A DNA stretch of 64,000 bases from an uncultured bacterium (GTDB lineage Bacteria > Planctomycetota > UBA1135 > GCA-002686595). This document shows positions 1 to 10,572 of the stretch, in pieces. A program made the position numbers and the translations under genes. Position 1 is the first letter of the stretch, and each line of letters opens with the position of its first letter. A model generated the notes under the pieces. The model saw only the letters and a program-made list of their open reading frames with translations, did no database searches and was not told where the DNA came from. The stretch spans positions 672,001 to 736,000 of the forward strand of contig CALSNU010000004.1 of assembly GCA_943787795.1 (NCBI GenBank), read 5' to 3'.

Positions 1-354
1 CAGCCGCGCCTGCTTGAACGGCCGGGCCTTCGCGTAGCGCACCTTGCCCTCGCGCAGCTCGCTGGGCCCCGAGAGATCGGAGCGGTCGAGGAGGCCTTGC
101 TCGGCGAGGATCTCCAGGGAGAGGTAGATGGGCTCGGAGGCAAAGGCCGAGCTGGATGCGTAGGGCGAGTGGCCGGGTCCGAGGGGGACGACGGGCAGCA
201 TCTGCCACCAGGTCACCCCGGCGCGGGCGAGCCAGTCCACGAAGCGGTACGCCTCGGGGCCGAGGTCGCCGATGCCGTGCCGCCCCGGCAGGGAAGCAAG
301 CGGCATGAGCACCCCCGCAGCGCGGGGGAACAAGTCGGTGAAGGACCCGGTCAT
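1..354 (-). CDS. malQ: 4-alpha-glucanotransferase (GH77 amylomaltase), 5' part; runs off the window start
   Basis: Manual translation: MTGSFTDLFPRAAGVLMPLASLPGRHGIGDLGPEAYRFVDWLARAGVTWWQMLPVVPLGPGHSPYASSSAFA, the typical GH77 N-terminus; directly downstream of a GH13 gene. Confidence 0.92.
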   Translation of the reverse strand, partial: MTGSFTDLFPRAAGVLMPLASLPGRHGIGDLGPEAYRFVDWLARAGVTWWQMLPVVPLGPGHSPYASSSAFASEPIYLSLEILAEQGLLDRSDLSGPSELREGKVRYAKARPFKQARL

Positions 355-361
355 GGGAGTG

Positions 362-2830
362 TCAGCTGCCCGAGACCGTCCGGCGCCAGACCCGACCGGC
401 GATCGGGCCGACCATCATTCGAGCGGCGCCTTGCCCGTCGCCCTCCCCCTCTGGCTCAGGCTCCTCACCAAAGACCGGGGACCACTGATCGTCGCCCTCG
501 GGAGGCACGAAGCTCGAGACCCCATTGCCGGCGTTGAGCGCCACCATGAGGACCTCGTCCCCGAGGATCCTCAGGAAGACCCAGAGGTCCTGAGCATCAT
601 CCGCCACGTGCGTCTCGAAGGCGCCGACACGCAGCGCCTCGTGCTCCCGGCGGAGGGCGATCGCCCCGCGATAGAACGCGTGGTGATCCTCCATGATGAA
701 GTTCTGATCGGCGTTCTCGTAGGGCCCGAGGTCCGCCCAGAGCATCGGCTTGCGGTTGGTGGGGTCATCCGCACCCCACATGCCGACCTCGTCCCCGTAG
801 TAGATCATCGGGGCGCCGACGTAGGTCATCTGCGCCAGGGCCACCAGCCTCTGACGCTTGAAGTGCAGCTCGTCGGGCCGACCGCTGTTGTAGTCGTCAC
901 GCCGCTGCACCTGGTTGCTCCGGTCATAGGGCCGGTCGCGGTTGAGGAGCATCGAGGCGATCCTGTCCGTGTCGTGGCTCCCGACGAGGTTCATCAGGGC
1001 GTAGGTCGCCTCATCCGGGTAGGCGAGGCGCAGCTCTGCGAGGCGCGCGTCCAGCGCCGAGGCCGAGACCTTGCGCTCGACGTTGCCCACCCAAGCCACC
1101 ACCGGGTCCGCGAAGCGGTAGTTCATGACCGCGTCGAAGTGCTTGCCGCCCAGCCACTCGTCAGCCCGGTGCCAGATCTCGCCGGAGATGAAGGCGTCCG
1201 GGTTGATGGACTTCACGAGCGTGCGCCACTCCTCCCAAAAGTCCGCCGGGAGCTCCATCGGGACGTCGAGGCGCCAGCCGTCGATGCCGTCGGACGGATC
1301 GCCGTCTCCGTTCGGGTCCATCCACCGACGCGTCACGGCGAACAGGTGCTCCTTGACCGCCTCCGAGGCGAGCCCGCCCCCTTCCTTGGCGAAGACGGGA
1401 AGGTCCCCGAAGCCGGCCCAGCCGACGTACTCGAAGGGCTCCCAGGAGCGGACCTGGAACCAGTCCGCGAAGCGTGAGCTCTCGCGGTTCTCCTGGACAT
1501 CCAGGAATGCGGGGTGGGCGACGCCCACGTGGTTGAAGACGGCATCGAGCACGACCCGAAGGCCTCGCCCCTTGCACGTCGCGAGGAAGTCGAGGAACAG
1601 GCGGTCCGACGGCGTCCAGATCCAGGAGGACGGGTCCAACATGTCCTCGCCGGCGGTGGCCTCCTGGTAGTCCTCCCCCGCGCCGAGTCCCGTATCCACG
1701 TGACGGAAGTCCGTCGCGTTGTACTTGTGCGGCCCCGCGGCCTGGAAGATCGGGTTCAGGTAGATCGCGGTGACGCCGAGCTCGACCAGGTGGTCGAGCT
1801 GCTCCTCGATCCCGGCGAGATCGCCCCCGTACATGCGCTGGTAGACGTAGTACTCCCAGAAGGTCTGGCCATCCTCCCCCTCCCACTCCGCGGGCTCCGT
1901 CCACTCGCTGGTCCAGCCGCGCACGGGCTCTGGATCATTCGAGACGTCGCCGTTACGGAAGCGCTCAGGGAAGATCTGGTACCAGATCGCGTGCTTGGCC
2001 CAGTCAGGCGTCTCCAGCGTCGAGTAGGCCGCGGGGTCGTAAGCGTGGACCCGCGGGTCTGCCACGCACAGGGACTCCGTCTCCAGCCCGAAGGTGTAGC
2101 GGGCGGGCTGGTCCGCTCCATCGAGGTCGACCTGCCAGAACTGGAAGGGCTCGGGGGAAGGCACGCGCTCCATCGGATGCGTCGCGCCTCCCTCGTGGAG
2201 CAGCAGGACCCCCGCGACATCGCCCTCAAGGGTGCGGTAGCGGATGCGCCAGCGCCCGCCGGGGACGCGGTGCAGGTACAGGGGCTCCTCGGGATCATGG
2301 GCGAGCCCTTCGGTCCGGATGCCTCCCACCGAGGGGCCGAGGTCAAGTCCATCCGGCTGCCCCAGGGACCCGAGCCTGAGGATCGAGTTGCAGGACTCGA
2401 AGCCGTCGTCCTCGGCGTCGGAGTTGGTCGGGTCCGGGACCCACTCCCTCCCGTCGAGGCAGAACTTGTAGCGATAGGCACCACTCCGGAGGCTGACCTC
2501 GGCGCGCCAGCGCCCGTCGGCGGCACGCTCCATCGGGGAGGCCTCGAGGTTCCAGCCGTTGAAGTCGCCCGCGAGGGAGACCCTCTCCGCGTCACGATCA
2601 GAGGCGAGCGTGAAGACCACCCGCCAGCGACCGGCGCCTGGCTCCTCGTCGACCTCGACCGACTCGGGGAGGCGGCCGGCCTGTCCGAGACCGATGTCAA
2701 TCTGCTCGAGACCGGGCCACGATTCGACCCCGGCGGCGTGCGCCTCGCGGGTCACGCCCGACTCACCCTCGAAGCGCAGGAGGAGCACCGCGAGGAGCAG
2801 GACGCAGAGAATGAGAGGAAGCAGAAGCAA
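362..2830 (-). CDS. GH13 alpha-amylase/neopullulanase-like glycosidase with N-terminal anchor and CBM48-like domain
   Basis: GH13 motifs DAVFNH, DGWRLDV, GEIW, GSHD and YYGDEVG; CBM48-like segment VSLAGDFNGWN...YRYKFCLDGREW; hydrophobic N-terminus. Confidence 0.92.
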   Translation of the reverse strand: MLLLPLILCVLLLAVLLLRFEGESGVTREAHAAGVESWPGLEQIDIGLGQAGRLPESVEVDEEPGAGRWRVVFTLASDRDAERVSLAGDFNGWNLEASPMERAADGRWRAEVSLRSGAYRYKFCLDGREWVPDPTNSDAEDDGFESCNSILRLGSLGQPDGLDLGPSVGGIRTEGLAHDPEEPLYLHRVPGGRWRIRYRTLEGDVAGVLLLHEGGATHPMERVPSPEPFQFWQVDLDGADQPARYTFGLETESLCVADPRVHAYDPAAYSTLETPDWAKHAIWYQIFPERFRNGDVSNDPEPVRGWTSEWTEPAEWEGEDGQTFWEYYVYQRMYGGDLAGIEEQLDHLVELGVTAIYLNPIFQAAGPHKYNATDFRHVDTGLGAGEDYQEATAGEDMLDPSSWIWTPSDRLFLDFLATCKGRGLRVVLDAVFNHVGVAHPAFLDVQENRESSRFADWFQVRSWEPFEYVGWAGFGDLPVFAKEGGGLASEAVKEHLFAVTRRWMDPNGDGDPSDGIDGWRLDVPMELPADFWEEWRTLVKSINPDAFISGEIWHRADEWLGGKHFDAVMNYRFADPVVAWVGNVERKVSASALDARLAELRLAYPDEATYALMNLVGSHDTDRIASMLLNRDRPYDRSNQVQRRDDYNSGRPDELHFKRQRLVALAQMTYVGAPMIYYGDEVGMWGADDPTNRKPMLWADLGPYENADQNFIMEDHHAFYRGAIALRREHEALRVGAFETHVADDAQDLWVFLRILGDEVLMVALNAGNGVSSFVPPEGDDQWSPVFGEEPEPEGEGDGQGAARMMVGPIAGRVWRRTVSGS

Positions 2831-3095
2831 CGGCAGCGGGCAGTCGGGGAGGAGGGGACGCGACTTGAGGTGGTCAGAACCTGCCCGGGGGGATGCCGAG
2901 ATGGAGAGTGACCTCCTCGAACCATCGGCTGGAATGGCCCATCAGCGGCACTCTGGGCCCCAAGAACTTCTTTTCTCTGCTCCAGAGCCGCTCCTCCCCC
3001 CTCCTCGCCCTTCGTGCTGGGGCCGGATCCCGCGAACCCTCTTGTTCCCTTCCCAGGGCCGGATCCATGGGTCCGGGGCCCGCGAACCGACCTCC

Positions 3096-3560
3096 GTGAA
3101 AGGAGAACTCGCGGAGAGCCCTGGGGGGCGACCAGACCCTGACAGCGTGAGGAGCCACGCGCTTCGCGGGGTGTGGCAATGGAGCGCAGGCCTGTCGGTC
3201 TTCCTTGGCCTCCTGGCCTCTCAGGCAGCCTCGTGGACCGGGGACGCCCGCGCCGCCCTCCTCCCCGGCGCGCCGGCGGCGGCGCTCGCCGTTCTGTTCC
3301 TCGCGGGCCGACGCCCACAGCTTCGGCGAGGCGCCATGGTCCTCGCGACCTCGGCGGCAGGGTTCCTCTCGCTCGCGACGATCCCGAGCCTCGGGTCGAT
3401 CTCACTCCTTGGGACCTCGAAGGGCCCGGCCATCGCCTTCCAGCTCGCCTGCCTGGGGGCCTCGGCGGCGTTCCTGGCTCGATCGGCGCCCGCGTGGAGA
3501 ACGGTCAACACCGACGGCGACCGGGCTGATCGGCTCCTGCGCATGTACGACGAGCTCTGA
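3096..3560 (+). CDS. Small multi-pass membrane protein, hypothetical (start uncertain)
   Basis: About 4 hydrophobic segments in the 3' part of ORF 2559..3560; GC3-rich codons. Confidence 0.55.
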   Translation: MKGELAESPGGRPDPDSVRSHALRGVWQWSAGLSVFLGLLASQAASWTGDARAALLPGAPAAALAVLFLAGRRPQLRRGAMVLATSAAGFLSLATIPSLGSISLLGTSKGPAIAFQLACLGASAAFLARSAPAWRTVNTDGDRADRLLRMYDEL

Positions 3561-3575
3561 GCGACCGCCGGGACC

Positions 3576-3649
3576 CCCAGATGCGCCCAAGGGACCCAGA
3601 TGCGCCCAAGGGCCCAGATGCACCCAAGGACCCAGATGAGCCCAAGGAC
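3576..3649. repeat. Intergenic tandem repeat, about 18-19 bp x4 (CCCAGATGCGCCCAAGG(G)A)
   Basis: Directly visible. Confidence 0.85.
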
Positions 3650-3837
3650 GCGCCGCCGCCCGCCGCGTGGGGCCCCGGAAGCACCCCCAGCCACGGCACC
3701 CCCAGCCACTGGTCGAGCCCCTGCCCAGGCTGCCGAGCCGTTTCTTCGAGGGAGGCCTGTTTCCCACGGATGGGGCAGAAGCTGAGTGGCTAGGACGTCC
3801 GAAATGAGAGGAGGGCCGATGGCCCGGAGAAACCCCC

Positions 3838-4479
3838 TTGGCTGACTTCATGTCCAGATCCGTGGTCCGTCCGACGGTCCACGCCCCCGATGCGCCCCGT
3901 CACGTGGTCGACGTGATGGAGGCGTGGCTCGAGCGCACCGCGTCGCACGGACAGGCGTTCGTGGACGGCGACGAGTTCCGGCTCGGCTTCATCTGGTTTC
4001 GGATAGCGGAGGACCACAAGGGGCTCCGGGTCACCTCACCGCGCGTCGGCGACCCAGCGCTGATCTACGTCGACGACTGCTCGGAGGCCCTCCGGCTCGT
4101 CGCCATGCAGCGCAAGATGCTCGAGCGCTTCGAGCTCGAGGCGGAGCTCTGCAACTGCAAACAGACGGCACTCGTCGTCCGCGATCTAGACCACTGTCAG
4201 ACCACGTTCATTGACCGCCTCGCCAGCGAGGTCGGTGATCGCTCGGGATGGTACGTGGGCGCTCACGATTCGAAGCTCGACGTGACCGCGCCTGAGAACT
4301 TGAAGCTAGTGAGCCTGTGGACCCTCATGAGCAGGCGCCCGGAGATCGTGCCCTACCTGCTGTTCCCCGCCGGTTGGCAGGTGTCCTTTGCGGGCAGTTC
4401 CGTCGTGATGCGGGGCCGTGAGGTGGTCAAGCCCCTCGCGAGCACCGAGGGAGCCAAGACGCTCCCCCGCAGCGCATGA
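3838..4479 (+). CDS. Imm33/DUF2185-like domain protein
   Basis: C-terminal DRSGWYVG...NLKLVSLWTLMSRRPEIVPYLLFPAG resembles the Imm33/DUF2185 pattern. Confidence 0.55.
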   Translation: MADFMSRSVVRPTVHAPDAPRHVVDVMEAWLERTASHGQAFVDGDEFRLGFIWFRIAEDHKGLRVTSPRVGDPALIYVDDCSEALRLVAMQRKMLERFELEAELCNCKQTALVVRDLDHCQTTFIDRLASEVGDRSGWYVGAHDSKLDVTAPENLKLVSLWTLMSRRPEIVPYLLFPAGWQVSFAGSSVVMRGREVVKPLASTEGAKTLPRSA

Positions 4480-4527
4480 AGAGGACCGATCGGCCTCTTC
4501 TGTGGTCAGCTCGGGTCCGGCCGCCCC

Positions 4528-5181
4528 TCACTCCTCGGTGAGCCTCCACAAGACCCAGGCGGCCACCGAGCGCAGGGGCGCCCAGCGCTCGCCCCGCGTC
4601 TGTAGTTCACGCGGTCCAGGACGTTCTTCGAGGCCATCAAGCCGCCTCATCCCCTCCTGAAGCCCGAGGTCGCCCGGCGCCAGAACGTCGAGGCGTCCGA
4701 GGCGGAACATGAGGAACATCTGGGCGGTCCACGGCCCGATCCCGCGCACCTCCACCAGGCGCTCGATCACCCCTTCATCGGGCAGCCGCGAGATCGCGGT
4801 CAGCGGCAGCAACCGCGTGAGGACTCGGTCGCTCAGGTCACGGAGCGACGCCAGCTTCGCTGCGGAGAGCCCTGCCCCCCGCAGCCGCGCGTCTGAGATC
4901 GCCGCGACTTCCTCAGGCCGTGGGAACCGCCTCCCGGGGGTCAGATTCCTGACGCGATCATGGATCGTCTTGGCGGCAGCTCCCGCGAGCTGCTGATAGA
5001 TGATCGAGCGTGCGAGCGCATGAAAGTGAGAGCCGGCCTGACCCGGAACCGGAAAGCCGGGGAAGGCAGCGACCCTCCTCCGAGCCCTCGCCAGCGCGGG
5101 ATCCCTCCGGTCGAGGGCCCGGAGTGCAGCGGCCGAGGGGACCCCGCTCGGCGACGGTGCCGGCTGAACTGGATGGCGCAT
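4528..5181 (-). CDS. DNA-3-methyladenine glycosylase II (AlkA family, HhH-GPD)
   Basis: ALARSIIYQQL, HhH motif VRGIGPWTAQMFLMF, DLGLQEG, WAPLRSVAAWVLW. Confidence 0.92.
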   Translation of the reverse strand: MRHPVQPAPSPSGVPSAAALRALDRRDPALARARRRVAAFPGFPVPGQAGSHFHALARSIIYQQLAGAAAKTIHDRVRNLTPGRRFPRPEEVAAISDARLRGAGLSAAKLASLRDLSDRVLTRLLPLTAISRLPDEGVIERLVEVRGIGPWTAQMFLMFRLGRLDVLAPGDLGLQEGMRRLDGLEERPGPRELQTRGERWAPLRSVAAWVLWRLTEE

Positions 5182-5360
5182 CGTCCCATTCTGCCGACAG
5201 CGAATGACCTGATTGGAGATCTTGCGAGATCGGCCTTAGTGGAGCCTCAAGACCTCCTCCTCGCCGGTTCGACCAGTCCATAACCGACTTCCAAGCGGTG
5301 TCCTGCCCGAGCCTTCTCGGCACGTCATGGCACACCCCGGATCGGCGAGGAGATCGAGCG

Positions 5361-6002
5361 ATGCGCGCCAAAGTACGAACCACAAGGGGCCTCGCAGCCC
5401 TCACCGCAGCCGCCCTGGCCGCTGCCTTTGGCACCGGGTGTGCCGGGCTGGGAGCCAGCAGCGACGCCGTGAAGAGCGTGCACCTGGTGAACCAGATGAA
5501 CCGCATCAACGTGGAGGCCGACCGCTCCGAGGAGAAGGTCGAGCAGATGCTCGCCAGGCTCCAGCCCGCGCTGATCCGTCAGGGACACAGCGACGCGGCG
5601 CAGGCACGTGAGCTCCTGGGCGCTGCCACCGAGGCGTGTCAGCAACAGGCCCGACAGCTGGAGCGTCACCTGCCGGGCCTGGACCAGGAGGGCTCCTCGT
5701 TCTTCGAACAGCGCCGGCTGGCGCTCGGAGGCATCGAGGACCCCGACCTGCGTCGCGCAGCTGCGGCTGAGCTGGAGGTCGACCTCGAGCGGTTCCTCGA
5801 GTACCAGGCCTCCGCGGTGGCCGCCCTCGACGCCTACGACGAACTGAACCTCGAGCTGGGTGAGATCCTCGCGGCGCTACCTGAGCAGCCGCAACCTGAC
5901 GCCCTGACCGACGACGCCGTCGACCTGCGCAACCAGGCCTGGTCCCTGCGCATGATCCTCGAGGACTGCAAGCGCGCCGCAGGGGCGTTCGATGTTCGGT
6001 AG
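5361..6002 (+). CDS. Helical lipoprotein (DUF2959-like)
   Basis: Signal peptide with lipobox FGTG-C; coiled-coil composition. Confidence 0.6.
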   Translation: MRAKVRTTRGLAALTAAALAAAFGTGCAGLGASSDAVKSVHLVNQMNRINVEADRSEEKVEQMLARLQPALIRQGHSDAAQARELLGAATEACQQQARQLERHLPGLDQEGSSFFEQRRLALGGIEDPDLRRAAAAELEVDLERFLEYQASAVAALDAYDELNLELGEILAALPEQPQPDALTDDAVDLRNQAWSLRMILEDCKRAAGAFDVR

Positions 6003-6287
6003 CCCGTCCCTCCAGGTCTTCAGAGCTGCGGAACACCGTGCTCGGTTCACCGGTCCGGCCATCTCTTCTTCGCTCCCTCGGTCACCTCGAAGCGACCGGA
6101 CCAACCGACTGGCCCAACTGCACGTCGGTTTCTCGAGACGCGCGCCTGGACCGTCATCGCGGTAGCCCGTTGGCGCTTCGCCCTTCATTCGGACGAGCGG
6201 GGCGCCTCACGACCACACCCCGGCGGCAACTGGCGCCTTCGCCCATCCTTCCCAGCTAGAGGGTCCGTTTCAGGCCCCCATCCAAAC

Positions 6288-7111
6288 ATGCTCCGTTCCC
6301 TGCTCACCTGGTTCACCGTCGTCGCGATCGCCCTCGCGGTACCCCTCTTCCTTGGCCCCAACGCCAGCGCCAAGTCTGTGGCGCCCTGGGTCCTGGTCTC
6401 GGACGATGACGATAGCGGCGGTTCCGGGAAGTCCGGCAAGTCCGGCAAGTCAGGCAAGTCCAGGCAAGTCCGGGCAAGTCCGGCAAGTCAGGCAAGTCAG
6501 GCAAGTCAGGCAAGTCAGGTAAGTCCGGCAAGTCAGGGAAGTCGGGGAAGTCCGGCAAGTCAGGGAAGTCGGGCAAGTCCGGCAAGTCGGACGACGACGA
6601 CAGCGGCGGGTGCGGCGCCCACTGCGACCCGACAACGCCCTTCTGCTTCGCCGACTCGAGCGACTGCCCGTGCGGTAACGACGACCCGAACGGCGGCTGC
6701 ATCAACGGCTCGGGGCAGGGCGCGTTCATCACGGGCGCCGGCAGCACGAGCGTCGCCGAAGACGACCTGGTTCTCACCGCCTTCAGCCTCCCGCCCGGGA
6801 CCTTCGGTCAGTTCCTCATGGCGAGGAGCACCACGCGGCTGCCCCTGTCCAACAGTGGAGGCCTGCTGTGCGTCGCGCCTCCGGCAGGGGAGAAGATCTT
6901 CCGCATGATGCCCGGCGCTGTCAGCAGCATGGGCACGTTCGACGAGGGGCCCGGGATCGTCGCCTTCTCGAAGGCCTTCAACATGCCCCCGATCGGTCAG
7001 ATCGCCGCAGGCGAGACGTGGTACTTCCAGTTCTGGTTCCGCGATCTCGGGGGGCCGTGCCAGGAGCTGTCCGGGTCCTCGAGCGCCGTCGGGGTCACGT
7101 TCACCCCCTGA
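6288..7111 (+). pseudogene. Secreted protein: signal peptide + (SGK)18 linker + Cys-containing C-terminal domain; frameshifted inside the repeat (possibly a sequencing artefact)
   Basis: N-terminus in the 6288 frame, C-terminal domain in the 6818 frame; two 10-bp units at 6459-6478 in a 9-bp repeat; clear paralog of 7832..8641. Confidence 0.8.
6423..6586 (+). repeat. Coding 9-bp tandem repeat TCNGGNAAG x18
   Basis: Counted directly: 16 units of 9 bp and 2 of 10 bp. Confidence 0.95.
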
Positions 7112-7831
7112 GGGAAGCCTGAGGGGAACACAGACAAGGGCGGGCCCATCCGGGCCTCGCGCTCACGGGCCGTTTGCTTCCAGGATGAAGCGGACGGCCC
7201 GACGCCGTGGGTGCGTGCCTCGGCGCGGGCCGCGATCACCGGTCCACCCAAGCGCCGCCGACCGCCGGGGCTCCCAACCGACCACCCGCGAGAGCGCTGG
7301 AGGCCTCCGCTTCGCGGACGCCCGTCCCCCCAGCCTCGACCCAAAGCTGGCGCACCGCTGGCATCGTCTTCATTCGGGCTGAGCCGATCCTGATCGCGCC
7401 AGCGGAACCGTCGCGACCTGGGCTCTCACCGCCCAGGCCTGTCAGCTCCCACTTTGTTGACCAACCTGCGCACGAGTCCGCTTCAACGCCGCCGCGGAGG
7501 TCGCCGCCCAGGTCACGCGAGGTCGAGGAAGCCGCGTCGTGGCGGGCCGGCAACGGCCGAGATTTGAGAGTTAGGGCATGTAGCTATGCCGCACAGCGAG
7601 TTCCCCAGTAGACCTGAGCTCGGTCCACAGCGAGGGGGATTCCAAGACTGAGAAGGCTCCCGAGATCGTGGACCGGCGCGGATGAACCAGACGCCCATTC
7701 GACGCCGAGTGAGCGGAGAGCAGGTAACCTCAGATGGGCAGTCCTATCGCTCGCGCTCGCCACTGCGACTCGCTTGGGACCACGACTCCTCCATCTTCAT
7801 TCCCTGGAAGCCTCTCCGGCCTCGATCTCCA

Positions 7832-8641
7832 ATGATCCGTTCAATCCTCACCTGGCTGACCGTCCTCACGGTTGCGCTCTCCGTCCCGCTCTTCCTCGGT
7901 CCCGATGCCAGCGCCACCCCGGTGGCGCCGTGGATGCTCGTCTCCGACGACGACGACAGCGGTGGTTCCGGTAGCTCCGGCAAGTCCGGCGGCAGCGGCG
8001 CCTCTGACGACGATGACAGCGGCGGCTCCGGTAGCTCCGGCAAGTCCGGCGGCAGCGGCGCCTCTGACGACGACGACAGCGGCGGTTCCGGTAGCTCTGG
8101 CAAGTCCGGCGGCTCCGGTGGCTCCGACGACGATGACAGTGGAGGCTGCGGTGGCCACTGTGACCCCACGACCCCCTACTGCTTGGCCGACCAAAACGAC
8201 TGCCCCTGCGGCAACGACGACCCCGCCGCCGGTTGCATCAACGGCTCCGGACAGGGCGCGATCATCACTGGAGAGGGCAGCGCCAGCGTGACCGCCGACG
8301 ACCTCCAGCTGACGGCGAGCGGGCTCCCCGCGAACACCACGGTTCTCTTCCTCGCGGCGGATGCCGCCCGGCGCGCCCCGTTCCTCGACGGACTCCTCTG
8401 CGTCGGCGGCCCGACCTCGAAGATCTATCGTCTTCCGCCCGCACTCAACTCCGGATCGAGTGGCGCGGCGACATTCGGCCCGGGGCTCATCGCCCTCTCG
8501 AACACCCCCGCCGTTCCCATCGTCGGCGGGATCGTCCCCGGCGACACCTGGTACTTCCAGACCTTCTTCCGCGACATGGGCGGCAGCTGCGGCACCGGCG
8601 GCAATGTCTCGAGCGCCGTGTCGATCACCTTCACCCCCTGA
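7832..8641 (+). CDS. Secreted protein: signal peptide + 3 x 20-aa D/S/G repeat + shared C-terminal domain
   Basis: MIRSILTWLTVLTVALSVPLFLGPDASA; (DDDDSGGSGSSGKSGGSGAS)x3; ends TWYFQTFFRD...AVSITFTP. Confidence 0.85.
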   Translation: MIRSILTWLTVLTVALSVPLFLGPDASATPVAPWMLVSDDDDSGGSGSSGKSGGSGASDDDDSGGSGSSGKSGGSGASDDDDSGGSGSSGKSGGSGGSDDDDSGGCGGHCDPTTPYCLADQNDCPCGNDDPAAGCINGSGQGAIITGEGSASVTADDLQLTASGLPANTTVLFLAADAARRAPFLDGLLCVGGPTSKIYRLPPALNSGSSGAATFGPGLIALSNTPAVPIVGGIVPGDTWYFQTFFRDMGGSCGTGGNVSSAVSITFTP

Positions 8642-8682
8642 GGTAGAGGCACGAGAGGTCAACCGGACTCGATCCGGACCAC

Positions 8683-8715
8683 GGGCCGCCGCTCCTCCTC
8701 GAGGGGCGGCGGCCC
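8683..8715. terminator. Strong GC hairpin between convergent genes (possible bidirectional terminator)
   Basis: GGGCCGCCGCTCCTC-CTC-GAGGGGCGGCGGCCC; no U-tract. Confidence 0.45.
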
Positions 8716-8779
8716 CCGCCATATGGGCCCGTCCCGTCTGTGCCCGCCACCCTGCGAGGCCGCGCAGGCGCCCCGCGGC

Positions 8780-10360
8780 TCACTCCGTCGGGAGCGGCGT
8801 GGTGAGATGCGTGATCCAGTCGTTGTGAGCCATGTACAGCATGTCGACCTCCGCGAGATCAGCGTTTGGATCGATCATCACCTGGGACTTGCGGCCGTTG
8901 AGCCGCACCCTTGAGCGGGCGAAGACCTCAGGCCGCGGCCAGCCCTCAGCCTCCGCCTCGCTCGCCAGGAAGCGAGCGTATTGACGGATCATGTAGGGCC
9001 GCGTCGACATCTTGCGCAGCTGCCAGTCCTCGAGCCGGTCGCCCGGTTTGACCGCTCGAACGGCCCCGTCCTCGGGGTTCCGCACGATGTAGGTCAGCTG
9101 CCCGTCCTTGCCCCGGAGCTTCATGTGCCAGGAGAAGCGGTGGCCCTCCTCCGTCCAGTGCACCACGCCTGGGATGAGGTAGTGCCGCAGGGGAATGAGC
9201 GTCTGTGATCCCATCCAGAGGACGACACAGAGCGTGATCAGTCGCGTCCCGCGCGCGCGCGTCACGCCCTCGGGCGCGGGCCCGCCGGGGTCCCGCTCGT
9301 CGTGCATCGCCGGGAACAGGCTCCATGCGATGACCATGCCTGCGAGCGCCCCGACGCTGGACGGGACGAAGGTCCAGTCCCCCCTGAAGGCCGCGGCCAT
9401 CACGGCGCCCAGGGCGGCGCCAAGGAAGGCAGCGATGCTCCGGCCCGAGAGCTTCCGCAGGTCTCCCACGAGCCGCCGGGGCCAGTCAGGCGGGAAGAAG
9501 ATCGTCGTGGCCGCCATCATCGTCCAGGGGAAGATCCCGATGTTGAAGAGGCGAGTGTTCGTGAAGTGGAAGGTCACCAGGACCACGAACATCGCCAGCC
9601 GAGTCCTGCGCCAGAGCAGGAGCGGGACGGCCAGCAGGTCGATGAGGAGCCCGGAGTAGCTAAAGAAGTAGGCGGTGAAGGGGTGATGAAACGTCTGCCC
9701 GATGATCGGGAAGTCATCCCGAGAAGCGAGCCAGTAGCGCATCGGCGAACCGTGCAGCCAGTCGCTGTTCAGCTTCGCGAGCCCGCCGAAGAAGTACGGG
9801 ACGCCCACCTGGAAGCGCATCAGCCAGAGCGCCCAGGCCGGCACCGTCTTGCTGCGGAGCGAGGGCTCGAACCGCGCGTCCACGGAGAGGCTCCGGTGGG
9901 CGGGGACGATCGCCATCAAGAACGTGAGGAGGCAGACCAGGTAGAAGTGATTCAGGTACCGCGCCTCCTCGAGGAGGAAGACGTAGGTGAACGCCAGGCA
10001 CAGCAGCGCCGCGCTCAGCCGGTACATCAGCCCGATCATGACGCAGAACGCCATCGCCCCCAGGAAGATGAAGTGGTAGTACATCCCAAACCCTGGCCAG
10101 GGCTTGACCCACTCGAAGAGCGGGTAAGGGAAGTTGTAAGTCGGCTCCACGAAGTAGCGCTGGACCCACCCGTACCCGTAGTAGCGGGTCACCTCCCACA
10201 CCATGATCGCGCCGAAGGCGATGCGGAAGAACACCAGGCTGCTGATGTCCACGCGCCGGTGGAGGCCGCGGTGGACGCGGCTCATGAGGCTTTCCTCAGC
10301 TCCAGTGGAGCCTCCGGGGGCGGTCGAACCGGGGTGATCTTGGCCGTCGTTGCTGGGCAT
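8780..10360 (-). CDS. HTTM-domain / vitamin K-dependent gamma-carboxylase-like membrane protein
   Basis: FRIAFG, YLNHFYL, YFFGGLAKLNSDWL, IGIFPW, WTEEGHRFSWHMKLR, LNGR...IDP; start could be 10285. Confidence 0.9.
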   Translation of the reverse strand: MPSNDGQDHPGSTAPGGSTGAEESLMSRVHRGLHRRVDISSLVFFRIAFGAIMVWEVTRYYGYGWVQRYFVEPTYNFPYPLFEWVKPWPGFGMYYHFIFLGAMAFCVMIGLMYRLSAALLCLAFTYVFLLEEARYLNHFYLVCLLTFLMAIVPAHRSLSVDARFEPSLRSKTVPAWALWLMRFQVGVPYFFGGLAKLNSDWLHGSPMRYWLASRDDFPIIGQTFHHPFTAYFFSYSGLLIDLLAVPLLLWRRTRLAMFVVLVTFHFTNTRLFNIGIFPWTMMAATTIFFPPDWPRRLVGDLRKLSGRSIAAFLGAALGAVMAAAFRGDWTFVPSSVGALAGMVIAWSLFPAMHDERDPGGPAPEGVTRARGTRLITLCVVLWMGSQTLIPLRHYLIPGVVHWTEEGHRFSWHMKLRGKDGQLTYIVRNPEDGAVRAVKPGDRLEDWQLRKMSTRPYMIRQYARFLASEAEAEGWPRPEVFARSRVRLNGRKSQVMIDPNADLAEVDMLYMAHNDWITHLTTPLPTE

Positions 10361-10572
10361 GCGGGGACCTCGCCAGGGGCCAGACTTGGATCGGGAGAGT
10401 CCTCGTGGAAGGTAGCACCTGCAGGGTCGCCGAAGAAACGAGCCCGACGAGCCTCTTCCGGCCTCTCCTGGCCGAGGCTTCATCGGCGCACGCAGGCGGG
10501 AGCATTAGTCTTACGGTCGAACCCCGGGTTTGAGCACGCAGGAGTCGCCGCCAATACCGAGAATTATCGGTC

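Noticed and set aside
6288..10360. HTTM/gamma-carboxylase-like enzyme modifying the adjacent acidic-repeat proteins
   Set aside because: The genes are convergent, the repeats are Asp-rich rather than Glu-rich, and nothing else links them.
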